Shown: one piece after another, positions 38,440 to 50,454 of the stretch
How the letters are laid out: every line of letters starts with the position of its first letter
Position numbering within the stretch: the first letter of the stretch is position 1
Source: Macrostomum hystrix
Taxonomy: Eukaryota > Animalia > Platyhelminthes
Assembly (NCBI GenBank): GCA_950097015.1
Contig: CATNEN010000039.1
Location: 11,098,001 to 11,162,000 of the forward strand
DNA length: 64,000 nt
Reading direction: 5' to 3'
The notes under the pieces: generated by a model
What the model saw: the letters and a program-made list of their open reading frames with translations, nothing else
The model's database searches: none
Told to the model about the DNA's origin: nothing
Position numbers and translations under genes: made by a program

Positions 38440-39154
38440 TGTTGTGTCTTGGCCTAATGGCCGACGGAGGGAGATGGGGGTTGGGTCCACCTGCCCGAGA
38501 AACCCAGGTCCCAGACCAACCCTGCCTACGCCTAACAGACCTGATTGGTTCAGCGAGAGTTCACTGAGCCAACCGCCCTGAGACTAGCGAGAGTTCACTC
38601 GTCTCAGGTCCCTAACGGAGCGAGAGTTCACTCAGTACGCCCCACCGGCCCGAGGCGGTAATCCCCGGAATGAGGAAGACACGAGCTCACCTTGAACGTC
38701 TCCACGCAAGCTGATCGGCTCTACTCGTTTATTGCCGGCACTTGAATAACAACTATGATTGGTAGATAGGCAATGCACAGACTTGCAGAAGGGCAGGTAG
38801 GAAGTCGAGGCTGACGGGGTTACAGATAGGGCGGGGCGACTACTTATATAACTTACTATACAGGGCAGAGAAGAGGGAGAGAGAGAAAAATTAGACACAA
38901 AGCCTGGGTCACTGGCGGCTTATCCGGCCGCCAGCCAATGCGAGTGGCCCAGGTGGGGGGAGGGGTAGAGAGAGGCGGGGCTAGCGCAACGCTGGGGCAT
39001 GGGCAGGTGGGCGCAGAGAAGAAAAAAAGGGGGGCTAGGCCGGGGTTGAGGCGTAAGCCTCTTACAAACCCTGACCTAGGCTGGCACGGGTGTAGGAAGG
39101 GGTGGGGCAGACAAACAACGCAGAGGGCACAAAGTGCATTTGCACGGCACAACA
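38440..39154 (-). repeat. 5' LTR
   Basis: Direct repeat of 30571-31285, followed by the TSD atag. Confidence 0.95.
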
Positions 39155-39158
39155 ATAG

Positions 39159-40728
39159 CTTAAATGCTTTGTCCCAGTCCGAGTTGGATCTCGTGGCCGA
39201 ACTGTCGCGCAACGACTGCCGTCGTGACGAGCTAGTGACCCAGTTCTTGTTGTTTTGTGAGAACTCCATCGGCGACAAAGCGAACTCATCTGATCTGCCT
39301 GCTGATATTCGTGAAAAACTTACCAGCATCGATGAAGCTGAGATGGAAAGTCTACCTCAAAGCAGTCGGAAACTGATGGAGAATCATGGGCGCAAGTTTG
39401 TCGAATTTCTGAATTCATGGTCGCGGTCTGAACTCCGATTTGGATATTTGAATATCATTGTGAAGAGACAGAAAAATCTGGTTGCTACTGGGACCGTGTT
39501 TGATGGCTGAAACAGGATGCTCGAATTCAAGGTCCGTGAATTTATCAAGTCTGGCAAGACAGTTCAAAGCTACGATCCAATCGAGGAGGGAGACATGGTT
39601 AAATTGCGCGACTACTTTGATCGTAGTGACGGAGAACGACTCCAAGATGAATTGCTATTCAATCTCATGTATCAGCTTGGAGAGCGTGGACGGGAGCACA
39701 TGAAGACGTTTCTGAATCGGAACTTTCTGGTGCGAGGTGTCGACTCGGATGGACGGCAGTATGCCTGTTTGCCGACGCTACCATCGAAGAATCGATTAGC
39801 AACACTGGGCGCTGGTCAGGTCACCGATTGGAAGCACGCTAGAATATATGATCTTGAGCTGCTAGAACTGTACGAGTCGGTGATTCCGGATTCCGGCGAC
39901 CACTTTCTACCTCGTCCTATGGAGAGCACCATAAGGAAGAAGTTTATCTTCTCTGATAAGACACACCGTGGTCTGCGTTATTTACAAGAGTTCATGAAGA
40001 ACCTATGAATAAGCAATTATGAGTGTGAGACTCACATCTCAAAGCTTCAGTGCAGGAGCATATCTACGAAGCAGTGTATTTTATATTCAAGCGATAAGGC
40101 ACAGTGTTTAGCAGTAGGGGGGTCAGAGAGAGAGATATAACAGATAACACACAAGCAGTTATCTCTCTGCCCCGCGTTGCCATGGTCCCCAACCCAACAC
40201 ACCAGCCGCGAGAATTCTAGGCACGAGTTCGCAGGCTGATAGGGTGCATAGGTTCTCGGTCTCTGCGTCATTGCTTTCCAGGCCGTCAGGTCAGCCGGTC
40301 TGGCTCGCTCAGGTCTATTTTGAGCGCTGGGTGGGTCGAAATGCAGATGAAGGTCGCTGATTGAAAGGAGCACCGATGTAAGCGCTTTTCAAACGCTTAC
40401 AAAAAGTAAAAGCATAATTGTTTGTTCAGCTTTCTGAACAAGACACCATTGCATCTTTAGAGTCACGCGCATTTGCGACTTGGAAAGCGAAGGGCATGCT
40501 GTCCACGACATCATGCTTGTGACGGGTCCCAAGTCGGAGGCGACCGTTCGGCGATATCTGCATAAGAGGCGTGATCGCAGTTTGTACAAGTCCTCTGTGA
40601 ACGTGCATACCGCCATGAAGAAGTATTTGGATTGTATGGATCGTACTGAGGCTGCGCCGTCCATTAGTGGAGATGAGGAGTTTCATCGGGTCCAAGGCCC
40701 ACCAGAAAAAAAATCCGAATCCAAGTGA
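39159..40728 (+). pseudogene. Crypton-like (DUF3504/KCTD1-type) tyrosine recombinase remnant; its first codons lie at 30518-30570, before the Gypsy insertion
   Basis: PIEEGDMVKLRDYF...LQDELLFNLMYQLGERGRE...DSDGRQY and IMLVTGPKSEATVRRY. Removing the Gypsy restores the reading LPVDSLNALSQ. Confidence 0.75.
40005..40429. mobile_element. Small TIR element inserted in the Crypton-like ORF
   Basis: Ends tgaataagcaattatg / cataattgtttgttca with a possible 2-bp CT duplication. Removal restores KNLSEQ. Confidence 0.55.
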
Positions 40729-40892
40729 ACGGCAGTTCGAACATCATTGATTTATTTTTTGAATAGCTTTAATGACTGCATTGACTGAAAGTTAACTTTT
40801 GTTGGTGTTCATTTGAGGCATTCATCACATAGGTTTCGTCTATGTTCGTTATTCGTCTAGGTTCAATGCCGAATGGCAAACAAACAATGAAT

Positions 40893-43800
40893 TGTAACGC
40901 ATAAAAACTACAAACAATGATCGTCAAATTGCAATACAATCGAAAGGATCGCGCGCAGAATAAAACATGAGTGGAGCCCCCTCTCCTAGCAATTTGTGCA
41001 TATCACTTTAAGACGATCTGAAACCTCAACGAGTGGTCTTCAATACATAACAATGGTGTCGCAACGTCTTAGAGAACTATCGCTCGAGGAACCCGAGCGC
41101 GCCCAAACGTGGCTAATGGCTTTTCGGGAACTGGCTCGTGTGAAGGAGTGGTCCGACGTCGAGGACAAGAAACGTGTCGCGGACAACTTCCTGGCAACCT
41201 GCGGACTCCGCACGCTGGAGAAACTGCAGGACCTCGTTTCGCCCCGGTGCATTGACGAGTTAACGTTTGCTCAAATTGAGGCAGCCATCATCGGCTACTT
41301 GCGCCCAAAGGAAAAACTCACCATCGCCGAACGCACTCGATTCTTCAACGTTCGCCAAGCGGCGGACGAATCCATCTATAACTTCGTTGGCAGGCCCCGG
41401 CACGCCGTCACCGATTGTAAGTTCGATTCTCTCCGCAGCTGCGAGAGCCCATCGGAGGAAATGATACGGATGGCACTCATCGCTGGCCTGCGAAACCCAC
41501 GCGAACAGCAAAGGGTTCTGGAGGCCATGCAGGCCAAGGATCTACCAATCCCCGAGATAATTGATTTGGTTCGCAACATGGAGCAGGCGACAGCGTTCGT
41601 CACCAAATCGACGGGGGTTGCCGCCGGCACCATGGTCGGTTTGGGTGTGCCGCAGACCATGGCAATCCATTCTGACGAGGCCACGTTGCACTACACGAAG
41701 CCGCGGTCGTCGGAGCACCAGCGTGTGTCGCGCCGGCGTCGCCCCCTCGAGGTCTGTACACCATGCCGGCGTCCCTGAGGGTGCCACCGCTGTGCAGGCC
41801 CCGGAAGCTTTACTTTATCTCTCCGATTCCGCATCCATCCACACCATTTACACGGTCACGGAGCCCGTCTTCGTGCTCGACAAGAAACTTCTGATGCAAG
41901 TCGACACTGGGGCAGCCGTGTCCGTGCTGTCGAGTGTTCAGTGGGACGCCTTGGGCGCCCCCAATTGCTGAGATGCTCCAAGCGGTTGGAGGCCTTTGAC
42001 GGCCACGTCATGCAGACACTGGGCAAACTGTCGACGACCGTGGAGCTACGCGGGTGCATCCATCCAGCGGAGCTGACCTTCGTCGCCTCTAACAAGTCCT
42101 ACGGATTACTAGGTCGAGACCTCCTCAGCTCGGATGGCCTCTTCCATACGACTCCGTGTGCGGTGGGCAATCCCATTGCTGTGGATCCGCTACCGGCGAT
42201 CAAAAGCGTTAAGGCTCAAATGGAGCTGGTGGATGGGGCAAGGAACCAGTTCTGCCGCGCTCGACCCGTTGGAGAAGCAAATCAACGCGGAGCTCGATCG
42301 TCTATATCAGCTCGGTGTCATCGAGCCAATTGAGGGACCCGTCAACAACGCGTCACTCGTCGTTTGGGTAAAGAAGAAGGATTGCACGCTGCGGATGTGC
42401 GCTGACTATAGCGTGCACGTGAACGCCAAAATCAAATCGGACTCTTACTTGATTCCCAACGTGGAAAGCATCTTCGCTCGCTTGAAGAACGCATCGAAAT
42501 TCGCCACCGTCGACCTGCGCTCTGCCTACTGGCAAATTGAGCTCGATGATGCCGCAAAGGATCTTTCCGTCATAAACACTTCACGCGGGCTGTTCCGCGT
42601 GAATCGGTTGCAAATGGGGATGAAGAACGCCTTATTTATATTCCAGCGGACTATGGAAGCAATGCTCGGCGACATCAAGGGACTCTTGATTTACCAAGAC
42701 GACATTCTCGTATTTGCGCCCGATCAGGCCACCCTGGAGAAGCGTCTGGGCGCTGTGCGAAAGCGCCTCGCCGAAAAGCATGTTACGATCAACGAGTCTA
42801 AATGCATGTCATTGCGACTCAGTTTCCTTTTTCGGTTTCCGCATCTCGGCTGCCGGCATCCAGCCGGACGATCGCCTGGTAGACAAGATTCGGCATGTCT
42901 GCGCACCCACCAACAAAACAGAATTGGCCAGCTTTCTGGGCCTGATTAACTTTTTTGGACGCCTCATCCCCAATTTCGCTGGGAAGACAGTGCCTCTCAA
43001 TTGACTACGGAAGGCCGACGTTCCGTTTGAATGGTCTGACAAATGTTCTGCTGCTTTCGACAACATGAAGCGCGAGCTCGCGCTCACACCAATCGTGTAA
43101 CCGAACAGTCTGACAAAAGAATTGACTTTGACCACGGACGCATCGAAAGGTGCCCTCGCCGCCGTAGCTATGCAGGACGGCCACCCCGTCATCTACGTGT
43201 CTCGCACTCTCTCACTTGCCGAATCCAGCTATTCCAACATAGAGCGGGTAGCCCTTGCAATATTCTGGGGCGTCATACGTCTAAGGCATTTTCTTCATTG
43301 CAGGCGATTCACGATCCAAACAGATCACCAGCCTCTGCTGCGGCTATTTGGATCCGGCATCCCACTAAACACGTCAGTTGGAATCGGCCACTGGGTCAAA
43401 TCTCTGATGCAGTTCGACTTCGACATGCGATACATCCCCGGATCCGCCATCCCCCACGTAGATGCACTGCGCCGTCTGCGCTTCGACAACGCGACGACCG
43501 ACACCGAAGACATCTTCGAGGCCATAATCGCAGTTGCGTTCGAAACACCCCAGATCGCCGCCAGGAGGGTTGCCTCCGAGATGGAACTCGATGGTTTCAC
43601 TCGGAAAATCATTACTCGTGTTCGCTCCGGCAATTGCAAGCAGTGCACCCAGGCTGAGTTGCCCTTCATGAACTTTGCCGAGAAGTTAACGCTCGAAAAT
43701 GGTTTTCCTTTCATGCACCGCCGGGTTTACATCCCAACCCGCCTACGCCGGGCTGCTTTCAACGCGATTCACGACACGCACTCTGGCGTACATGCCTCGT

Positions 43801-43905
43801 ACAATCTGTTATCCGCATCCTGCTGGTGGCCGGGAATACAGCAAGATGTCGATCATTTTGTCCGTCGCTTTCGACAACATGAAGCGCGAGCTCGCGCTCA
43901 CACCA
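40893..43905 (+). mobile_element. Second, decayed and 3'-truncated Gypsy (Mag-like): putative short LTR, gag, PR, RT, RNase H and integrase start
   Basis: VDTGAAVS, LRMCADYS, YQDDIL, TTDAS, IQTDHQPL, IHDTHSG..WWPG, with stops and frameshifts. The TG..CA segment 40893-41052 followed by aTGG is a tentative LTR/PBS. Confidence 0.85.
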
Positions 43906-43924
43906 AGAGCACCGAGCTCTGTTC

Positions 43925-44583
43925 TGAGGGGACATTGGTTCTCTGCTTCTGAGGGAATATCGGTTCTCTGCTGTTTGGGGGACATTGATTATTTGCTGTT
44001 TGGGGGACACTGGTTCTTTACTGCCGGGGGGACATTAGTTATTTGCTGCCGGAGGATGGCATTGGTTATTTGCTGCCGGGGGATGGCATTGGTTATTTGC
44101 TGCCGGGGGATGGCATAGGTTATTTACTGCCGGGGGATGGCATTGGTTATTTGCTGCCGGGGGATGGCATTGGTTATTTACTGCCGGGGGATGGCATAGG
44201 TTATTTACTGCCGGGGGATGGCATTGGTTATTTACTGCCGGGGGATGGCATTGGTTATTTGCTGCCGGGGGATGGCATTGGTTATTTGCTGCCGGGGGAT
44301 GGCATAGGTTATTTACTGCCGAGGGATGGCATTGGTTATTTGCTGCCGGGGGATGGCATTGGTTATTTGCTGCCGGGGGATGGCATTCAGACTAACTATT
44401 TATAAATTCAGTGAGAATTATAATTCTTGTTGAATCGCAATCACGTATATTCGCAATCAGGGAAAATCATACTGACGAAATGAGTTTTTGATTCTTTTAC
44501 TTTCAGGTGTGTTTTGTTCTTCTGCAATACACAAGATTTTTTGTCTGAACAGTAGTGCCCCCAAGGGGGGCTAAGTGTGCTAG
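43925..44583 (+). mobile_element. 3' end of a Helitron-like element with a 27-bp minisatellite (ggggatggcattggttatttgctgccg)
   Basis: Hairpin gccccc-aa-ggggggc followed by taagtgtgCTAG|T. Tandem array at ~44030-44387. Confidence 0.7.
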
Positions 44584-45767
44584 TTTCACGTTTATAAATC
44601 AAAACCTTTTCTTTAAATTTTAATGCATCTTTTCAAACGTTTATTACTTTGCAAATGTTTCTGCTCTTCTATTGCAAAGTTGTGAGAAATAGAAGACAAG
44701 ACGTAAAGTAGCCTAGCGCACTTAAATCCTTGCTAATTTTATGCTCGTATGTCAATGCATAGTACCCAGTTTATCCTTGGCTGCTGTCGCAAATACTCCA
44801 GAGGCAGCTCTCAGGACCAATGCACCATGATTTATTCCAGCAAAGACATTCAGGTGCACAAGGTGCGGCGAGCACGGTAGCCATCACTGAAAGAAGGCTG
44901 AGAAGCAGAATTAGCAGTTGCATATTTCCGATTGTCCTGGATCTTTCGGTCGAGGTCGAAGCTGATTTGTAAAGATGTGATTCTTTTTACAGCTTTTATT
45001 GTCTGCAAAGCTCATAAATCAGGAACCAGGGCGTCACGCGTACCATTTAAGCAATGCGATTCCTATATTAGAGCACTAAATTAAATTCAAAAAGTACTCA
45101 GTTTTCCTTCTCCAATGCGAAAACTTGCAAGGACTTTCAGGATTTGTCCAGAACTGCAGGAGTATTCAAGATCCAGATTGGCAGTAAACATCGTGTAGAG
45201 TGCAACACCAGGAAAGTATAGTCGTTCCAGTCCGACAACTGGAAACAAAACTATGAGTAAATGATTACTGCTCCTAAAACAACAACCTGTGCTTGAAAAA
45301 CTGGCGATTCAAGCGATTGCTACCAAGGCGTGGCTAAGCACAAGACAGAAATAATGACTCGGAAATCAATCAGACCGCTGGTCACAGAGATTTTAGACGC
45401 AATCGAGCGCAACCAACCAGGGCGTGGCACAAGTTAATTAAATTCAGTAGAAACTATCTCGAGCTCTGAATTTTTGCCTACCTGTATTATCTTTGTAAAA
45501 AAAATCCCGTATCGATTTGCTTGCCTGAACCAAACGCCTGCTCGAAATAGAATCGAAAACGAGGCGTTGACAAGCTCGCCCTTACTTGTGACATGCAAAA
45601 TGTAAATGCGTTATCAATGCAGATTTCTTTCGGTTTCTGGTCAATTATTGAAAAAATATTGGCAACTACAATGGAGCTCCATACCCAGGCCCTTAATATT
45701 TGACACGCTTCTCTGCAGAAACGCAGCCAAAGCTAACTGTTCATAGGCATTAATTGTGCGTCACTCG

Positions 45768-45810
45768 TATATATACACTGGCTATTTCTACCGTTCTACT
45801 CAGCTCAGTA
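45768..45810 (+). promoter_or_regulatory. Putative TATA box and initiator for the spliced GPCR
   Basis: tatatata followed ~30-38 nt later by tcagct/tcagt, then a CAG|GTAAGT donor at 45839 and a TTTGCAG| acceptor at 45948. Confidence 0.4.
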
Positions 45811-45965
45811 CTGCACATTCTTCTAAACTTGACTGCAGGTAAGTGCGCGTAATCACTGCTAAAGTCCATCTGCGTATTTCTGCCTGTTTTTTATGTTTAT
45901 ACTGCGGTTCCTGTCATAGAACTAAGATATAGTTAATGCAATTTGCAGGTACATTATTTGACGTA

Positions 45966-47192
45966 ATGGATTTTTTTCGAGCTTTTGAAGAAGCTACAAA
46001 TCGAGACAGGGCGGTGGGACTATTTTTCCTAGTATTTTACTCTGCGAACAATTTTATGACAATCCTGTCTCTGGTCTACCTGCTGGTGAAGAAGCCCTAC
46101 AGCAAGAAAGTTCTTAATTGGATGCTGCTGGTGTGCTTTGCCGACTCCATCTGCTGCATCAATTGGGTCTACGATCTTTTCCAGTCACGCAGCGGTTCAA
46201 TGCCGCAGCAGAAGGAAATCAGCGCGTTTTTAAATATTTTCAATTACGAGTCGGGCAGCCCATTGCACTACAGCTTGATGCAATTCAAGTGCAAGTTTAC
46301 CTTTGGAATAATATATTTTCCAGTATTCTTTTCCACCATCAGCCTGGCATTCTCGTGTGTATGCAGGTGGTTCACAGTGGCTTTCCCGTTGAAGGCAAAG
46401 TCTGTGCTGACCAACAAAAGAAACAACGCATTGATTCTGATCGCCTTCCTGTTGTCGTTTGTTCTAACCATTGCCGATGCGTACAGCTACCATCTTGTTT
46501 CAGATAGAGTCCTGATAAATGGAACCAATGGAGTTATCGCCCTTTGCTGCAAGGCGTTTTCATTAGAAGGATGTGTACCTGACGGCAACGCTCCTGTCTG
46601 GATGTGGGACATTCTGCGATTCGTGAAGCCCGTCACAATGTTCACTGTGTACTTCACCTGCCTGCTGACCTCTGTCGGACTGGCTCTGAACCTGTTCCGG
46701 GCTCGAAAGAACAGGAATGAAATGACAGGAACAGCCAGTCAGGCGGGCAGCTCAAAGAAGACTGGAGAGCTGAGAATCACCGCCATTCTGGCTGCCATGA
46801 GCTGCATGCAGTTCCTTCTTGGCGTACCTGGAGAAATTCTAAAACTCGGAGTATATAAGCCCAAAATTAACATTCTCGACACGGCTTCAATAGTTACTTT
46901 TTTTAATGGTGAGCCAGTGTAGGGCTATAAATACTTATTCTTCTAACTCTTCTGGTATATATTGTTCTAGCATTCAATCTAGAGTCTGAAAATTTCTTTT
47001 GAAACCCAAATTTCAGCCTTCATAATTAACAATACGTTTTGGGACCTTACAAAGGCAAACGCACTGCTGAACTGGATATTCCACACCGGATCTCATAAAG
47101 TTTTCTACACATTCTACCTTCCATGTCTGGCCAGAGCTAACCCGGCTGCTGTACCGGTGACTCAAAGCGTCTCCATGACAACGGTTAAATAA
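45966..47192 (+). CDS. Divergent rhodopsin-like GPCR (chemoreceptor/Srw-like); coding exons 45966-46908 and 47017-47192
   Basis: TM1-6 lie in the ORF (CFADS, CK, CRWFTVAFPLKAK). A GTGAGC...TTTCAG intron joins an in-frame exon encoding TM7 (LTKANALLNWIFH) and a tail ending in TAA. Confidence 0.82.
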
Positions 47193-47779
47193 TTGCGAAA
47201 GCTCCCAGTGCAACTTTCAATAACAGTGAAATGGAAATGTTGATTATCAAACTAGACCGCTTATCCCCATCTAATTATAGTGCAATAGAAATAATTGAAT
47301 TATTAGTTCCCTGTGGATATTCGGACTAAATCATGCAACTTTAGTCGGATTGTTGGAATTAAGCGGACTTTTCCTGATGTGACCTGACTTCGCTTGTTTC
47401 TGTTTTTATGTTTTTGAAGACTTTATGTTTTGCGTCGATATTATATTTTTCAGAATTGGAATGTTTGTGTACATGTAACGCTAGTTTTTGCACTCTTTCT
47501 AACCCTGATAGGCTGGTCGTCCCTGGCCCCCTCCCCCTCTCTCTCTGCCCCACCCCAATCAGCTTTATAAGCAACATGCATCGTTTTTATTAAAGTTTTG
47601 AAGCGTATGCTTCTGTCTGAACAAGATAATAAATTGAGTTGACGGCAATTTCATGACAGCCAACAAACGACAAATCAGAGTTGACATGTCTTGACACTCC
47701 TATCTTGTGCATGCTTGTCTTGAGAGTCCGAGGCAACAGTTTTTTCTTAGAAACTAAATAATACATTTTAGCCCTCTCC

Positions 47780-48245
47780 GGGTTGCGAAATCTGAATTTT
47801 GGGATCTATATAATCCCGTGGTGCAGTGCCCGTGGGGCGGCAGCAGCGTTCCTGCGTGCAATCGCCTCGAGCTTCCGCAGCCTTCTCACATCGGACCCGA
47901 GGCGCTGGTTCCAACAGCTTCGCTTGGTGGCCGAGGACACCCTCCGCAGGCCGGCCACGGCGCTCGTAATTTTCACTGACGGCTCTGCAGGCGGCGGCGT
48001 TAGCAATAGTGAAGCAGCCTACGTTGTCACCCAAGTCGACCTTGGCGACCCAGTGGTTTTGGAAGTCCTCTAAAGTAAAGTTGCGGCGACGACCTGTAGT
48101 GTAGATGGGCGGCCCGTCAACGGCCCTATCCTCATCTGCACCGACAGCCGGGCGCTCTTACCTGCCCTGTCCAACGTCAGGCCGTCCTGCGGCCTTCCCG
48201 AGATACCTGCCGGCCTGGTGATCGGGCTGCAGTGGGTTCGCGCTC
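47780..48245 (+). pseudogene. LINE RNase H fragment
   Basis: LVIFTDGSA, ILICTDSRA, LQWV. Confidence 0.7.
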
Positions 48246-48612
48246 GAAGATGAGGTGAGATGAGATGAGATGAGAAGATCCCTCCGTTTTCCCGGAGCAT
48301 CTCACGGTATCAGATCACTGACTGATATTTAGGTGCAGGTAGAAAGCAACATTGTTGCCCACTGACATTGTAATTCTGCTGAAACCAACTCCAGCAACAC
48401 TTTGCTTCATTGATGGTGACGAAATTCCGACTGCAATGTGTTAGCACAAAGTCCGCGATGAGCGAACTCAACTTACCTGACCTTGAAATCAGCTGAACTC
48501 AACGCATTCACTTTGAGGATAGTGATTCTTCAAGCCAGCATTATTTGTAAGCACATTACTTAAGCACATGAATTTTAGCACCTCTGCCTGTACTAATAGG
48601 TTCTTGATAAAA

Positions 48613-49991
48613 TGCTTAGATATTATTGTTAAACTGCTTAGATATTATTGTTAAACTGCTTAGATATTATTGTTAAACTGCTTAGATATTATTGTTAAAC
48701 TGCTTAGATGTTATTGTTAAACTGCTTAGATGTTATTGTTAAACTGCTTAGATGTTATTGTTAAACTGCTTAGATGTTATTGTTAAACTGCTTAGATGTT
48801 ATTGTTAAACTGTTTAGATGTTATTGTTAAACTGCTTAGATATTATTGTAAACTGCTTAGATGTTATTGTTAAACTGTTTAGATGTTATTGTTAAACTGC
48901 TTAGATGTTATTGTTAAACTGTTTAGATGTTATTGTTAAACTGCTTAGATATTATTGTAAACTGCTTAGATGTTATTGTTAAACTGCTTAGATATTATTG
49001 TTAAACTGCTTAGATGTTATTGTTAAACTGTTTAGATGTTATTGTTAAACTGCTTAGATGTTATTGTTAAACTGCTTAGATATTATTGTTAAACTGCTTA
49101 GATGTTATTGTTAAACTGTTTAGATGTTATTGTTAAACTGCTTAGATGTTATTGTTAAACTGCTTAGATATTATTGTAAACTGCTTAGATATTATTGTTA
49201 AACTGTTTAGATGTTATTGTTAAACTGCTTAGATGTTATTGTTAAACTGTTTAGATGTTATTGTTAAACTGCTTAGATGTTATTGTTAAACTGCTTAGAT
49301 GTTATTGTTAAACTGTTTAGATGTTATTGTTAAACTGCTTAGATGTTATTGTTAAACTGCTTAGATATTATTGTTAAACTGCTTAGATGTTATTGTTAAA
49401 CTGTTTAGATGTTATTGTAAACTGTTTAGATATTATTGTTAAACTGCTTAGATGTTATTGTTAAACTGTTTAGATGTTATTGTAAACTGCTTAGATGTTA
49501 TTGTTAAACTGCTTAGATGTTATTGTTAAACTGCTTAGATGTTATTGTTAAACTGTTTAGATGTTATTGTTAAACTGCTTAGATGTTATTGTTAAACTGT
49601 TTAGATGTTATTGTTTAACTGCTTAGATGTTATTGTTAAACTGTTTAGATGTTATTGTAAACTGCTTAGATGTTATTGTTAAACTGCTTAGATGTTATTG
49701 TTAAACTGTTTAGATGTTATTGTTAAACTGCTTAGATATTATTGTTAAACTGCTTAGATGTTATTGTTAAACTGCTTAGATATTATTGTTAAACTGCTTA
49801 GATGTTATTGTTAAACTGTTTAGATGTTATTGTAAACTGTTTAGATATTATTGTTAAACTGCTTAGATGTTATTGTTAAACTGTTTAGATGTTATTGTAA
49901 ACTGTTTAGATGTTATTGTTAAACTGCTTAGATATTATTGTAAACTGCTTAGATATTATTGTAAACTGCTTAGATATTATTGTAAACTGCT
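48613..49991. repeat. 22-bp AT-rich satellite ttattgttaaactgcttagat(g/a), ~63 copies
   Basis: Tandem array. Inverted counterpart at 52494-53306. Confidence 0.96.
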
Positions 49992-50454
49992 AAGAGTTTG
50001 TCGAGTTTTCGGGTGTTCTGACGCCGCAGATTTTTGACGAAGTATGATCAGGCTCCGTGTTTTCCCGCAGTCTTTCAATCAAAATCTTGCGATTTCTGTT
50101 TTTTTAGCACAGGTGAGCCGCAGCTAAACGGACGGCAGGGCTTAAAAAGGCCACCTGCCCACCAGAACAGAGTGGGGAGGGGACAGACAGCGAGTGATGA
50201 GCAGCGAGTAAGGCCCCGAGAGGCACAAGGTCTCAGGCATTAACGTACACTATCGAACGCATGCACACATGCGCCAATAGTGGAGACCGAATAGTAATAC
50301 GAAAACACACTAGTAAAAGCTAACTTGACTGTCCATTTATCTACGATTGCGTATTTTAGCTCGTATGTTGCCTGTTGTGTATGCGCTACTTTACTGTAGA
50401 AAAAAGTCAACAGGGACAGTTAAGTGTTCGGAAAAGACCGTGCGAGTAAGGTTT

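Larger units (their letters stand above)
30571..39154 (-). mobile_element. Full-length Ty3/Gypsy LTR retrotransposon with an additional 3' ORF
   Basis: 715-bp LTRs TGTTGTG...CACAACA with only two differences seen. 4-bp TSD ATAG, tRNA-His PBS, PPT, and gag-PR-RT-RH-IN domain order. Confidence 0.96.
30050..50353. repeat. Left arm of giant inverted duplication (includes the full Gypsy internal region, which is absent from the right arm)
   Basis: Mirror coordinate sums are 101919 (38440-48612), 102486 (inner part) and 94050 (30050-30570). Confidence 0.95.

Noticed and set aside
44043-44405. (GDGIGYLLP)n protein and its mirror at 57514-57876
   Set aside because: Translation of a 27-bp minisatellite.
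29284-44583. A single 15-kb TIR transposon
   Set aside because: There is no TSD, the ends are visibly diverged, and both look like Helitron 3' termini.
45936-45965. Upstream ATG of the GPCR ORF
   Set aside because: It falls inside the predicted 5' intron (45839-45948), so the ATG at 45966 is preferred.
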